A stretch of 64,000 nt of DNA from Candidatus Woesearchaeota archaeon (GTDB lineage: Archaea; Nanobdellota; Nanobdellia; Woesearchaeales; GW2011-AR4): positions 1,553 through 65,552 of the forward strand of contig JACOUX010000057.1 of NCBI GenBank assembly GCA_016177615.1, given 5' to 3'. The notes under the pieces are model-generated. The model was not told the DNA's origin. It saw only the letters and a program-made list of their open reading frames with translations, and did no database searches. The position numbers were made by a program, and so were the translations under genes. Positions 1 to 7,718 of the stretch are shown piece after piece. Position 1 is the stretch's first letter, and every line of letters begins with the position of its first letter.

Positions 1-179
1 AGTAAGAAGTCCTTTACTGAATTCCAAGCGATATAATCGCGATATAATCCCGTGCTTCCAAAATTTAAATAACAAGTTCTGCCGTTGCTTGAATCGTACA
101 TAAAAAATAGAAATAACTGCTAATGATAAAAAGATTTAGTTCTTTTTTTATAAAATATGAAGTCCAAAAGAAATCTGCC

Positions 180-512
180 TCAAAACCCCATAACCCTTGC
201 ATTGCAGTAAGGGCAGCTCTTTGGCTTGCAGGTTTCTGGGTCTATCTTGAACTTGTAGCCGCAGGATGAGCATTTATGGGCTATTTTTGATGATTTTTCT
301 TCATTGCTTTGGAATACTGTTGCAGATCCATAAGCTATATTTTCCTTTGGAAGCTCTTTATGCAGCTCCTTCTCTATCTCCTTGTGCATCTTCTTGCTTT
401 TTATGCATTCTGGGCAGATCATTCTGCCTTCGTCAAGGTCAAGCTTTAGCGACGAGGATGGTAATTTATTGCCGCATTTCCTGCATGCAGCCATAACCTC
501 TTGCATTCCCAT
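180..512 (-). CDS. small double zinc-ribbon protein
   Basis: 110-aa ORF with CRKCG..CPEC near the N-terminus and CSSCG..CPYC near the C-terminus. Its ATG overlaps the stop of the upstream paralog (ATGA at 510-514). Confidence 0.5.
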   Translation of the reverse strand: MGMQEVMAACRKCGNKLPSSSLKLDLDEGRMICPECIKSKKMHKEIEKELHKELPKENIAYGSATVFQSNEEKSSKIAHKCSSCGYKFKIDPETCKPKSCPYCNARVMGF

Positions 513-859
513 CAGAAATCACCTTTTATCTTGGCTGCATCCGCTATTATTCTTGCAGCGCTGCCCTTTATCATCAGGGATTTTGAGCCGCAATAAGGGC
601 ATGTTTTTACTCCAAGATGCTTTGCCCTCTTGAAGCTGTATTTGCATTTCTTGCAAAAATGCTCTTTTATCCCTTCTTCCTGCTTTTTTGCCGCTGACTG
701 TGCCGCGAGCTGCTGCTTTTGAGCAGGCTTTCTCTCAAGGCAATTCCTGCAAACAAGATTCCTGCCATTTTTGTCAATGCGCATAATGTCCATAAGGTAT
801 TCATTGCCGCATTTGTAACACTTGATTTTTATATCTGTATTCTTTTCTATAATTATCAC
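512..859 (-). CDS. small double zinc-ribbon protein, paralog of 180-512
   Basis: CYKCG..CRNC and CKKCK..CPYCG pairs. The tracked ORF runs to 1063, but that 5' extension overlaps a well-formed tRNA gene. An in-frame GTG at 857-859 sits just upstream of the first zinc ribbon. Confidence 0.45.
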   Translation of the reverse strand: MIIIEKNTDIKIKCYKCGNEYLMDIMRIDKNGRNLVCRNCLERKPAQKQQLAAQSAAKKQEEGIKEHFCKKCKYSFKRAKHLGVKTCPYCGSKSLMIKGSAARIIADAAKIKGDF

Positions 860-920
860 CTTATAAGTAAACTTTTTATAGAGAAATATATAAATATTAT
901 TATTTATTCTTTCTTTCCAT

Positions 921-1084
921 ACGGCTGTGATCCAGTGGTTAAGATTCGAGCTTCCCAATAACTGTAGCCAGTTAGCATCTGCGGGTTTCGCTTCGCTCAA
1001 GCCCGCATAAGGAGAAAGCTTGATACCCGGGTTCGAATTGTGCCAAATGAGCGCATTTGGCATGCGCGATTCCCGGCAGCCGTA
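921..1084 (+). tRNA. tRNA-Gly (anticodon CCC) with two introns (958-1016 and about 1039-1071)
   Basis: 7-bp acceptor ACGGCTG/CAGCCGT plus discriminator A. D-arm with AGTGGTTA loop. Anticodon arm CGAGC-TTCCCA|..|A-GCTTG. T-arm CCGGG-TTCGAAT|..|CCCGG. Exons sum to 72 nt. A TATA-like ATATATAAATAT lies at 886-897. Confidence 0.8.
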
Positions 1085-1127
1085 CTCTTTAGAAACTTAT
1101 TTATACCCGCCCGTACAAATAAGATGC

Positions 1128-1736
1128 ATGGCTTTGGAATTTGTCCACGAAATCGGCCGGAAGATAGTGCACATAACAATCCTCATAGTGCTCGCGGCGT
1201 TTTTCCTGATTCAAGACAGGTTGGTGAGCGCAGGCTACACACCAGTGCTTGCAAGACAAGTTGGGCTGCTTTTTCTTGTTGCATTGCTTATAATTTTCCT
1301 CATCCTGGAATACTTAAGGCTTGAACTGAACTGGAGAATCCCTTTCTTTGCCAGGCTTATCAGGCCAAAAGAGCAAAACAGGATGTACGGTGTTATATAC
1401 TTTCTTTCGGCAACAATAATCTCCCTTGCAGTGTTTGACTACAAAATTGCTTTGGCAGCACTGCTTATGACCACTTTCGGGGATATGGTTGCTGCTCTTG
1501 TAGGAAAAAGGTATGGGTCCACACTGATTTACAGGAACAAGACTTGGGCTGGATTCCTTGGAGAGCTTATAACCAACATCGTTGTCGGTGTGCTGGTGCT
1601 TGACAATATCTATGTTATACTCACGATGGCGTCTGTTGCAACGATAGTAGAAACTTTGGTTGATGAGCTCGATGACAACCTGCTTATTCCGATATTCTCG
1701 GGCTTTATGGGCCAGGTAGTGCTTTTCAGCCTGTAA
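1128..1736 (+). CDS. polytopic membrane protein, dolichol/polyprenol kinase-like (CTP-transferase-1 family)
   Basis: Start taken at MALEFVHEIGRK, downstream of the tRNA. Multiple TM helices, GDMVAALVGKRYG and DDNLLIP motifs. A paralog lies at 59147-59737. Confidence 0.6.
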   Translation: MALEFVHEIGRKIVHITILIVLAAFFLIQDRLVSAGYTPVLARQVGLLFLVALLIIFLILEYLRLELNWRIPFFARLIRPKEQNRMYGVIYFLSATIISLAVFDYKIALAALLMTTFGDMVAALVGKRYGSTLIYRNKTWAGFLGELITNIVVGVLVLDNIYVILTMASVATIVETLVDELDDNLLIPIFSGFMGQVVLFSL

Positions 1737-2190
1737 TCTTTGCAACCAGCTGCTGCTCGTGTATTTGGTCTACCATCTGAAACATTGATTTTAGTCCTGC
1801 TTCCAGAGAGGCCTCATCGCAGATTTTATGATGGGTATGCGGGAATACTATCCATTTCTTGTCGCTTTCCGAGAACGGGTTTACGAAAATTATGCTGAGA
1901 AATTTGAATCCTGTCAGTGTATTCCAGTTCTTTAATACAATGTCAAAATTATCTTTTGAATTCAACACCACAATGCTGAAATGGGAATTGTTGTTGATTC
2001 TTCTAATTATTTGTTCTATATCCTTAATTGCCGGGCTGATTATAAAGTACTGGTCCCTGTCCTTGTACTTCACATACAAGTCAAAGCCTTCCTTGCCGTT
2101 TTCTATTTTCTCGATTTTCTTTGATATCGAATCTTTGTTTTTGACAAAGTCAGCTGCCCATCCAATCAAGAATTCCTTTATTTTATCCAT
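1726..2190 (-). CDS. hypothetical protein
   Basis: Clean 154-aa ORF with host-like composition; no motif recognised. Confidence 0.45.
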   Translation of the reverse strand: MDKIKEFLIGWAADFVKNKDSISKKIEKIENGKEGFDLYVKYKDRDQYFIISPAIKDIEQIIRRINNNSHFSIVVLNSKDNFDIVLKNWNTLTGFKFLSIIFVNPFSESDKKWIVFPHTHHKICDEASLEAGLKSMFQMVDQIHEQQLVAKITG

Positions 2191-2232
2191 GCCTTGGTTT
2201 TTAGGATAGTTATTTATAAAATTAGCGGTAGG

Positions 2233-2514
2233 CTATGGAATATAAACTCCGGATAAAAAGGCAATTCCGGCAAGTACTGCTGCCAGTGCATAACCATTGT
2301 CTGCTCTTGTCGGGGGATAAATAAGACCATAAGCCTTTCTCTTGGCAGCTAGCATTGCAGCCTTGGCTTTATTTTCATCTGGAGTCTTTGTCTGGCTCGC
2401 ATGCACGCCATGTTCCATCTGCTTTTTGTCTACTATATCTCTGACTCTCTGATCTTCCTGATATTTCTTAAAAAAAATATCATCAGTAAGTTTGTCAAGA
2501 TACATTTTATTCAC
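2233..2514 (-). CDS. hypothetical small protein with C-terminal hydrophobic helix
   Basis: 93-aa ORF ending in YALAAVLAGIAFLSGVYIP. Confidence 0.4.
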   Translation of the reverse strand: MNKMYLDKLTDDIFFKKYQEDQRVRDIVDKKQMEHGVHASQTKTPDENKAKAAMLAAKRKAYGLIYPPTRADNGYALAAVLAGIAFLSGVYIP

Positions 2515-2564
2515 TTGGCTATTATATCCAACAAAATTTATAAAAAAATAGGATATTGTGATTC

Positions 2565-3311
2565 TTAATCATTTTCAACCCTTGGAGCCAGAATAAAAGA
2601 AAGCATTACTTTGTCAACAGTCTTATAATCTAGCTTTAAGGGATAATCTTTGTTGAAATTTATAATCACGTCCTCGCTTAGCTTTGAGCCGTTTATCATC
2701 TTTTTTAAGTATTCAATGCTGTACTTTGCCTTTACCTTGTCGTCGCTGCTCGTGCTTATCTTCGTAATCTCATCTTCCTTGACCTCAATCTTTGCCTGAT
2801 TTAAATCGCCTTCTGCAAGAAGTGTGAATTTCTTGGGCTCAGCTATGAAAGCAACGCTTTCTCCTACAACATCAACATCTGCTATTGCCTCGTTAAGGAC
2901 ACTGGATGAAGTCTTGACAGATACAGGAAATTTTAGGTCAGGCACTTTCTGCTCTTTTTCCTCTATGTCTATTAGCGGTAGGTTGAATGTCCTATTTGTA
3001 TTGCTCTTCAGCTCTATCTTTAGTCTGTTGTCAGCATCAAGCTCAAGAGTCAGCATGTCTTTTGGAGAAGCCCTTCTCAATATCTGCTTCAAATTGCTCA
3101 AATTAATCGCAATTTCAATGTCTTTTTTCACATCATACTCTGTAAAGCAGCTGCTCAGAAGCTTGAAAACGACCATTGCCACATTTGCAGGGTCCATTGC
3201 AACAAGTTCGATTGCATTAGGTGTTATCTTGAACCTTGCTTCATTGACTAAGTCAGAAATTATGGATATGCTTTCCTTTAGGTAGCTTGGCTCTGCAAGA
3301 GTAAGTCTCAT
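2565..3311 (-). CDS. pcn: DNA polymerase sliding clamp (PCNA)
   Basis: 248 aa. The N-terminal pattern (LKESISIISDLVNEARFKITPNAIELVAMDPANVAMV) and the length are typical of archaeal PCNA. Confidence 0.9.
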   Translation of the reverse strand: MRLTLAEPSYLKESISIISDLVNEARFKITPNAIELVAMDPANVAMVVFKLLSSCFTEYDVKKDIEIAINLSNLKQILRRASPKDMLTLELDADNRLKIELKSNTNRTFNLPLIDIEEKEQKVPDLKFPVSVKTSSSVLNEAIADVDVVGESVAFIAEPKKFTLLAEGDLNQAKIEVKEDEITKISTSSDDKVKAKYSIEYLKKMINGSKLSEDVIINFNKDYPLKLDYKTVDKVMLSFILAPRVEND

Positions 3312-3436
3312 GTTAAAAACCCCCCTAATGTAAAGGGTATTCTGGTTAATTTATAATATTTGTGGTTTTAAGCATATCTGTTAGTTTAATCCTCAATTCA
3401 TTATTTTTATCATTCATTAAATATTGAACCAAAACC

Positions 3437-3444
3437 TTTAAATA
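3437..3444 (+). promoter_or_regulatory. TATA box (TTTAAATA) for 3470 gene
   Basis: Centred 26-29 nt upstream of the ATG at 3470, so the transcript is probably leaderless. Confidence 0.55.
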
Positions 3445-3469
3445 CTTATGTCTATACAATGTCTATACA

Positions 3470-4285
3470 ATGGAATTCAAGCAGCTGGCAGTAAAAGAAC
3501 AGATAATAAAGAGAGTTGTCCAGTCAGGCAACGGAGGAGCCGTATGGGTTCCCAAGAGCTGGCTGGGGCAGGAAGTTGTAGTCATACTTCCGCAAAAGCC
3601 GAAGCTTGATTTAAAGGAAAGAGTAATTCATTTGCTTGAGCCTTATTTAAAGGATATTCTCTCTGTTTTCATCTACGGATCTTACGCAAGGCATGAAGCA
3701 ACAAAAGAGTCCGATATTGATATAATGATTTTAACCAATAAAGAGCTGAAAATAAGCATAAATGAGCCAAATATTGAACTAACTGTTTTTCCTCTTGAAA
3801 AATTCAAGAAAGCAGTTGAGAAGCACCCTGTGGTGTACTACCAAATGGTTCAGGAAGCAGAGCCATTGGTCAACGGCCACGTCCTTGAAGAGCTAAAGAA
3901 TATAAAGATAGAAAATAAAAATTTTAAAGGATACATTATTGAAACCAAAGAGCAGATAAAAAGCAGCAAAGATCTTTTGGAACTTGATAAATTAGATGGT
4001 GAATTTATAAAGTCTTATTCTGCGATTTATTCTATAATTTTGAGATTGAGGGGTGTTTTTATAATGAAATGTATATTGCACAAGGAAAGATTTTCAAATA
4101 AAAATTTCAATGCATGGATTTTAAAAAATGAAATTCCAAATCAGGAGTTTGAGCGTTGTTATTTAGCTTATAGGTCAGTGAGAGATAAAAAATCAAATAA
4201 GTCCATAAAAATAAAAATTAACATTGCCGAAAAACTTTTGGATATTCTTATAAGAGAGGCTGATTTAATTGAATCAAGAATATGA
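3470..4285 (+). CDS. AbrB/SpoVT-like N-terminal hairpin fused to a minimal nucleotidyltransferase (Pol-beta fold) and a helical C-terminal domain
   Basis: GGAVWVPKSWLGQEVVVI (swapped-hairpin-like), then the NTase signature YGSYARHEATKESDIDIMIL. Confidence 0.6.
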   Translation: MEFKQLAVKEQIIKRVVQSGNGGAVWVPKSWLGQEVVVILPQKPKLDLKERVIHLLEPYLKDILSVFIYGSYARHEATKESDIDIMILTNKELKISINEPNIELTVFPLEKFKKAVEKHPVVYYQMVQEAEPLVNGHVLEELKNIKIENKNFKGYIIETKEQIKSSKDLLELDKLDGEFIKSYSAIYSIILRLRGVFIMKCILHKERFSNKNFNAWILKNEIPNQEFERCYLAYRSVRDKKSNKSIKIKINIAEKLLDILIREADLIESRI

Positions 4286-4473
4286 CAAACAGAAAAAATA
4301 GGCTTAAGAAAGGAATAGATTCTCTCGCAGAGCAGATAGAGCTTCACGAGGACAAGCTCAGAAGGGCTGAGGAAGAAGAAAATTTAGAGCTGGCTTTATA
4401 TTATAGGAAAGAGATTGAAGCTAAAAGAAGAGATAAAGAGGAAAAAGAAAGAATGCTTGGTAAAGGTGGGTAA
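4282..4473 (+). CDS. small charged coiled-coil protein
   Basis: 63-aa ORF whose start overlaps the upstream stop (ATGA). K/E/R-rich. Confidence 0.35.
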   Translation: MTNRKNRLKKGIDSLAEQIELHEDKLRRAEEEENLELALYYRKEIEAKRRDKEEKERMLGKGG

Positions 4474-5802
4474 TTACAGCCTTATCCTTTCGCCGTCTTT
4501 CATCAAATGGACGTTCTCCCCCTTGTTGTAGCCCATTTCGCCAGCCAAATCAGCCAGTGCAGAAAGCATGTCCGGATTTCCATGAGCCGGAATGATGTGC
4601 TTTGGCTTTACCAGATTTATCAAATCCCTTAAGTCTTCCCTCGCAGCATGCCCGCTCTGGTGGATGTCCTTGAATATCCTGACATTGTAATTTCTCAAAT
4701 CAGCCTCCAATCTCTTCCTATTCTCAATGTTGGTTGGCGTCGGGATAGTCTTGCAGGAGAAAATAATATGGTCCTCAGGCATAAAATTGAATTTCATCTC
4801 CCCATTCATCATCTTTGAAAGGGTCGAACTTGGCTCACCTTGATGGCCTGTGGCAACCATAAGGTATTTACCCCTTTCTTTTGCGATTTTTTTAAGCTTT
4901 CTTTTTATCTGCCCGCTGAATTTCAAAACCTCAACCCTGTTGGTGAATTTTGCAATCCCTGTCGCTTCTGCTGCGCGGACATATTTGGCCATAGAACGCC
5001 CCATGAAGACAATTTTCCTGTTCATCTTCTTCCCGAATTCTACAATGGAATTCAGCCTTGCGATATGGGAGGAGAAAGTTGTCACAACAACATGCTTGTG
5101 CTTTGATTCAATCCCGAGCATCACTTCATTCAGCATCTGCTTCGCAATAAATTCTGACGGCATCTTCCTGGCATCAGCGGCATAAGTCGAGTCGCAGACC
5201 AATGCAAGCACATTCTCTTTGCCAAGTTCCTCCAGTCTTTTGAAATTCGGCTTCTTGCCTAAAGTCGGAAACAGGTCAAACTTGAAGTCATTTGCGTAAA
5301 GGATAATTCCTTCTTTAGTGTGCAGTGCAATCATTACAGTATGCGGAGTAGAATGAGTCATATGGACAAATTCAATCCTTACATTGTTAGACGTTTGAAA
5401 TGATGAGTTAGCAGACATACTTTTTATCTTATTGTTTAATTTTATCTTATCTTCTGTAAGAATGCCGTTCAAAACCTCTGCGGTGAAAGGAGTGCACATT
5501 ATAGGCGCTTTGAAGTTATTTGCAAGGTAAGGCAGTGCCCCTATATGGTCAAGATGTGCGTGTGTTGGAAGCAGCATCTTCACATTGCTTTTCCAGTCGC
5601 TTATTGCGGAAATATTAGGAACAGCGCCGTTGTCCATAAGCTCCTGCGGATTGATGCTGACAATATCTTCATCTTGAGTGTATTTGATGTAATTTTCAAG
5701 ATGGATTCCGAGGTCAAGGATATAAACTTCATCTCCGATTTTTATAGCGGTTGAATTTCTCCCTACTTCATTATAGCCGCCGACAGTGCAGATTTCAACC
5801 AT
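4474..5802 (-). CDS. rnj: RNase J-like beta-CASP metallo-beta-lactamase ribonuclease
   Basis: 442 aa. HAHLDHIG metallo-beta-lactamase motif, with downstream beta-CASP-like D/H residues (HQSGHA). Confidence 0.85.
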   Translation of the reverse strand: MVEICTVGGYNEVGRNSTAIKIGDEVYILDLGIHLENYIKYTQDEDIVSINPQELMDNGAVPNISAISDWKSNVKMLLPTHAHLDHIGALPYLANNFKAPIMCTPFTAEVLNGILTEDKIKLNNKIKSMSANSSFQTSNNVRIEFVHMTHSTPHTVMIALHTKEGIILYANDFKFDLFPTLGKKPNFKRLEELGKENVLALVCDSTYAADARKMPSEFIAKQMLNEVMLGIESKHKHVVVTTFSSHIARLNSIVEFGKKMNRKIVFMGRSMAKYVRAAEATGIAKFTNRVEVLKFSGQIKRKLKKIAKERGKYLMVATGHQGEPSSTLSKMMNGEMKFNFMPEDHIIFSCKTIPTPTNIENRKRLEADLRNYNVRIFKDIHQSGHAAREDLRDLINLVKPKHIIPAHGNPDMLSALADLAGEMGYNKGENVHLMKDGERIRL

Positions 5803-5855
5803 TAAGCTGGAAATAAGAACACGATTTAAAAAGGTTTGTGGGGAATTAATTTAAG

Positions 5856-6551
5856 CTAATTAAATTTAATATCTTTATCAAGAGCAACAAGGGCACTATT
5901 ATCAAAATCGTATTTACCTGTAAGAACTAAAGTAAGTCTCTTTGTTAAATTGATTTCATTAAACGCTATATTTGTTGTAACTTTTTTTGTTATATGATCA
6001 CCTACAGCCAAACTCCACGTATCAAAATTAATCTCAGCCTTAGGTTGAATCCATTCATCTTTTTTATCATTATCGTCATGTAATACTACAAGAGCTTTCG
6101 GATTAATTGGGTCATTTCCTTTGTTGAGTACAGTAACAGTCATATCCACTATCTTACCCCAGTCATCACCTTTTTTTACAAAAGTATAATTATCTAGAGA
6201 AATTGATATTCCATTTTGTGTTGCAACAAAACTATTCGGGGAAAATTTAAATTCCTCCTTTTGCTCCATTATCTTATTAGTTAATGTGCCGGGATTTTCC
6301 TGAACTATTTTTCTTTGTTGGTCAGGTTCTTTGTAAGTTTGAGTAAAAACCTGATTGGGAGCATATTCTACATTTTTATAATTACTTTTTGTAGAAGCAT
6401 TGCTAGAGATTAAAATTCCAAAAAATAATCCAATTACCAACAATCCTAAAAAAATGCCGATAGTTATTCCGAATCCCTTGCCAATACCGCTAGAAACATT
6501 CTTATTTGTAATAACTTCAGCTTCAACTTTTATCTTAGTTTCTTTTGACAT
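5856..6551 (-). CDS. N-terminally membrane-anchored extracellular protein, unknown function
   Basis: 231 aa with one TM helix (GITIGIFLGLLVIGLFFGILI) followed by a beta-rich domain. Confidence 0.5.
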   Translation of the reverse strand: MSKETKIKVEAEVITNKNVSSGIGKGFGITIGIFLGLLVIGLFFGILISSNASTKSNYKNVEYAPNQVFTQTYKEPDQQRKIVQENPGTLTNKIMEQKEEFKFSPNSFVATQNGISISLDNYTFVKKGDDWGKIVDMTVTVLNKGNDPINPKALVVLHDDNDKKDEWIQPKAEINFDTWSLAVGDHITKKVTTNIAFNEINLTKRLTLVLTGKYDFDNSALVALDKDIKFN

Positions 6552-6630
6552 TGTTTAACTTGATTTATATCATAATATTTAATATATAAAATTTAGGGGA
6601 AGGCCGAATGCAGTTCATTAATAATATAAA

Positions 6631-6814
6631 TGCGGGGAGCAGGATTCGAACCTGCGAAGGCACTAAGCCAATAGATGGCTCATAAGTACTTCATCAGCTT
6701 TTGGCTTCATTACTCTTTTCCAAACTTGAGTATGGATGTTTAGCGCCTTGAACGCCGAACACTATCCCGTCTAGCCTCCCTTTTTCAAGGATTTGGCCGC
6801 TCCGGCATCCCCGC
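6631..6814 (-). tRNA. class-II-type tRNA with about 100 nt of insertions; probably tRNA-Leu (CAA)
   Basis: Acceptor GCGGGGA/TCCCCGC plus A. T-arm GCAGG-TTCGAAT-CCTGC. Short extra arm GGC-TTAGT-GCC. Candidate anticodon arm CGGCG-TTCAAGG-CGCTA at 6741-6757. The D-region and intron boundaries are not resolved. Confidence 0.65.
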
Positions 6815-6858
6815 ATATGAATAAGAATTCAAATTTTGTTTAAAAAAGTTACTAAAGC

Positions 6859-7659
6859 CTACTTCAATTTCTCCAGGTCTTTTTTGCTGTGGATGTGGAT
6901 CTCCTTCTCTGAGCTAAGATGGCCGTTAAGCAGTCCCTTTTCAGCAAGCTGCGGGAAAACATTAAACTCAAGGCTATTTCCGGAATACTCAAAAATTTGA
7001 GGCTCTGCGACAAAAATGGGTGAGAATACAAGGTAAATGTCGGATTTCTTCGGTTTTTGGGTAAAAGTAAGGACCTTGTTGCCTTCGACCCTCACAGTCC
7101 CTTTTTCGCTTGGCTGGGAAGAGGTGGTGAGCATAATGGTTGCAATTGCGCTTTGCTTTACATGGTCATTCCAAAGCTCGTCTATGCTTATCTTATTGAA
7201 AATGATGTCCCCATAAACAACTAGGAAATTTGTATTAATCCTGCCTTTCAGGAGCTTAATGGAGTCTGCTGTGCCATAGGAGTGCTTTTCCTCGATATAA
7301 GTTATTTTTACACCGTAATCAGAGCCATCCTTTAGCATTTCAAACAGCCTTGTAAGCAGATTGTGCCTCGCAACAATAAAAATTGTTTTAAAGCCATTTT
7401 CCCTTAGCTTCCTGATCCCCAGCTCTATTAGCGTGCTGTTTTTCGTTGCGGCAGTTGGCCTATACTCATTCCTTGATATTTTCAGGTTATCTTCACTGCC
7501 CCCAAGCAGGATAATGGCGCTTTTATTTTCTCCAAGGGCATTTTTTGCGAGGTGCTCTATAGCTTGCGACCTGTTCCTTATATAGACATTATCTATGATC
7601 GAGTCTATGCCCTGCAATGTCTTTTCATTGATCGTTATGGATATTTTTGTCTTGACCAT
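6859..7659 (-). CDS. ribbon-helix-helix (CopG-like) domain fused to a degenerate sugar-phosphate nucleotidyltransferase-like domain; putative regulator
   Basis: Start taken at MVKTKISITINEKTL..RNRSQAIEHL (RHH pattern). An NTP-transferase-like body follows (YGTADSI, VVYGDIIF), but GGSEDNLK replaces the GxGTRL loop. Confidence 0.6.
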   Translation of the reverse strand: MVKTKISITINEKTLQGIDSIIDNVYIRNRSQAIEHLAKNALGENKSAIILLGGSEDNLKISRNEYRPTAATKNSTLIELGIRKLRENGFKTIFIVARHNLLTRLFEMLKDGSDYGVKITYIEEKHSYGTADSIKLLKGRINTNFLVVYGDIIFNKISIDELWNDHVKQSAIATIMLTTSSQPSEKGTVRVEGNKVLTFTQKPKKSDIYLVFSPIFVAEPQIFEYSGNSLEFNVFPQLAEKGLLNGHLSSEKEIHIHSKKDLEKLK

Positions 7660-7688
7660 TGGTAGTATAAAGTAGGATAAAGGTAAGA

Positions 7689-7698
7689 TATTTAAATA
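7689..7698. promoter_or_regulatory. palindromic TATA element (TATTTAAATA) in a divergent intergenic region
   Basis: Its centre is 25-26 nt from the ATG at 7719 and about 34 nt from the ATG at 7659. Confidence 0.45.
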
Positions 7699-7718
7699 AG
7701 TTTGCATTTTAGGCAGCT

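Noticed and set aside
860-1127. 5' extensions of ORFs 512-1063 (minus) and 1020-1736 (plus) that run across 921-1084.
   Set aside because: Both extensions overlap a well-formed tRNA-Gly gene and add residues that look non-protein-like. Shorter starts (GTG at 859, ATG at 1128) retain all recognisable domains.
2824-3285. The 153-aa plus-strand ORF antisense to PCNA, and similar antisense ORFs within gyrA, ugd and the GT genes.
   Set aside because: Each lies wholly inside a strongly supported gene on the opposite strand and has a low-complexity translation. They are typical shadow ORFs.
3448-3469. Tandem 11-mers (ATGTCTATACA x2 here; GCGATATAATC x2 at 28-49) as CRISPR-like or regulatory repeat arrays.
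   Set aside because: There are only two adjacent copies with no spacers, so they are far too short for CRISPR. They could be minor slippage duplications near promoters. No CRISPR array is present in the window.
6671-6740. A C/D-box sRNA embedded in the large insertion of the tRNA at 6631-6814.
   Set aside because: Only one overlapping CUGA/UGAUGA string (6691-6698) is present. There are no terminal C and D boxes with 10-12-nt guide spacing. It is mentioned as a checkable detail only.
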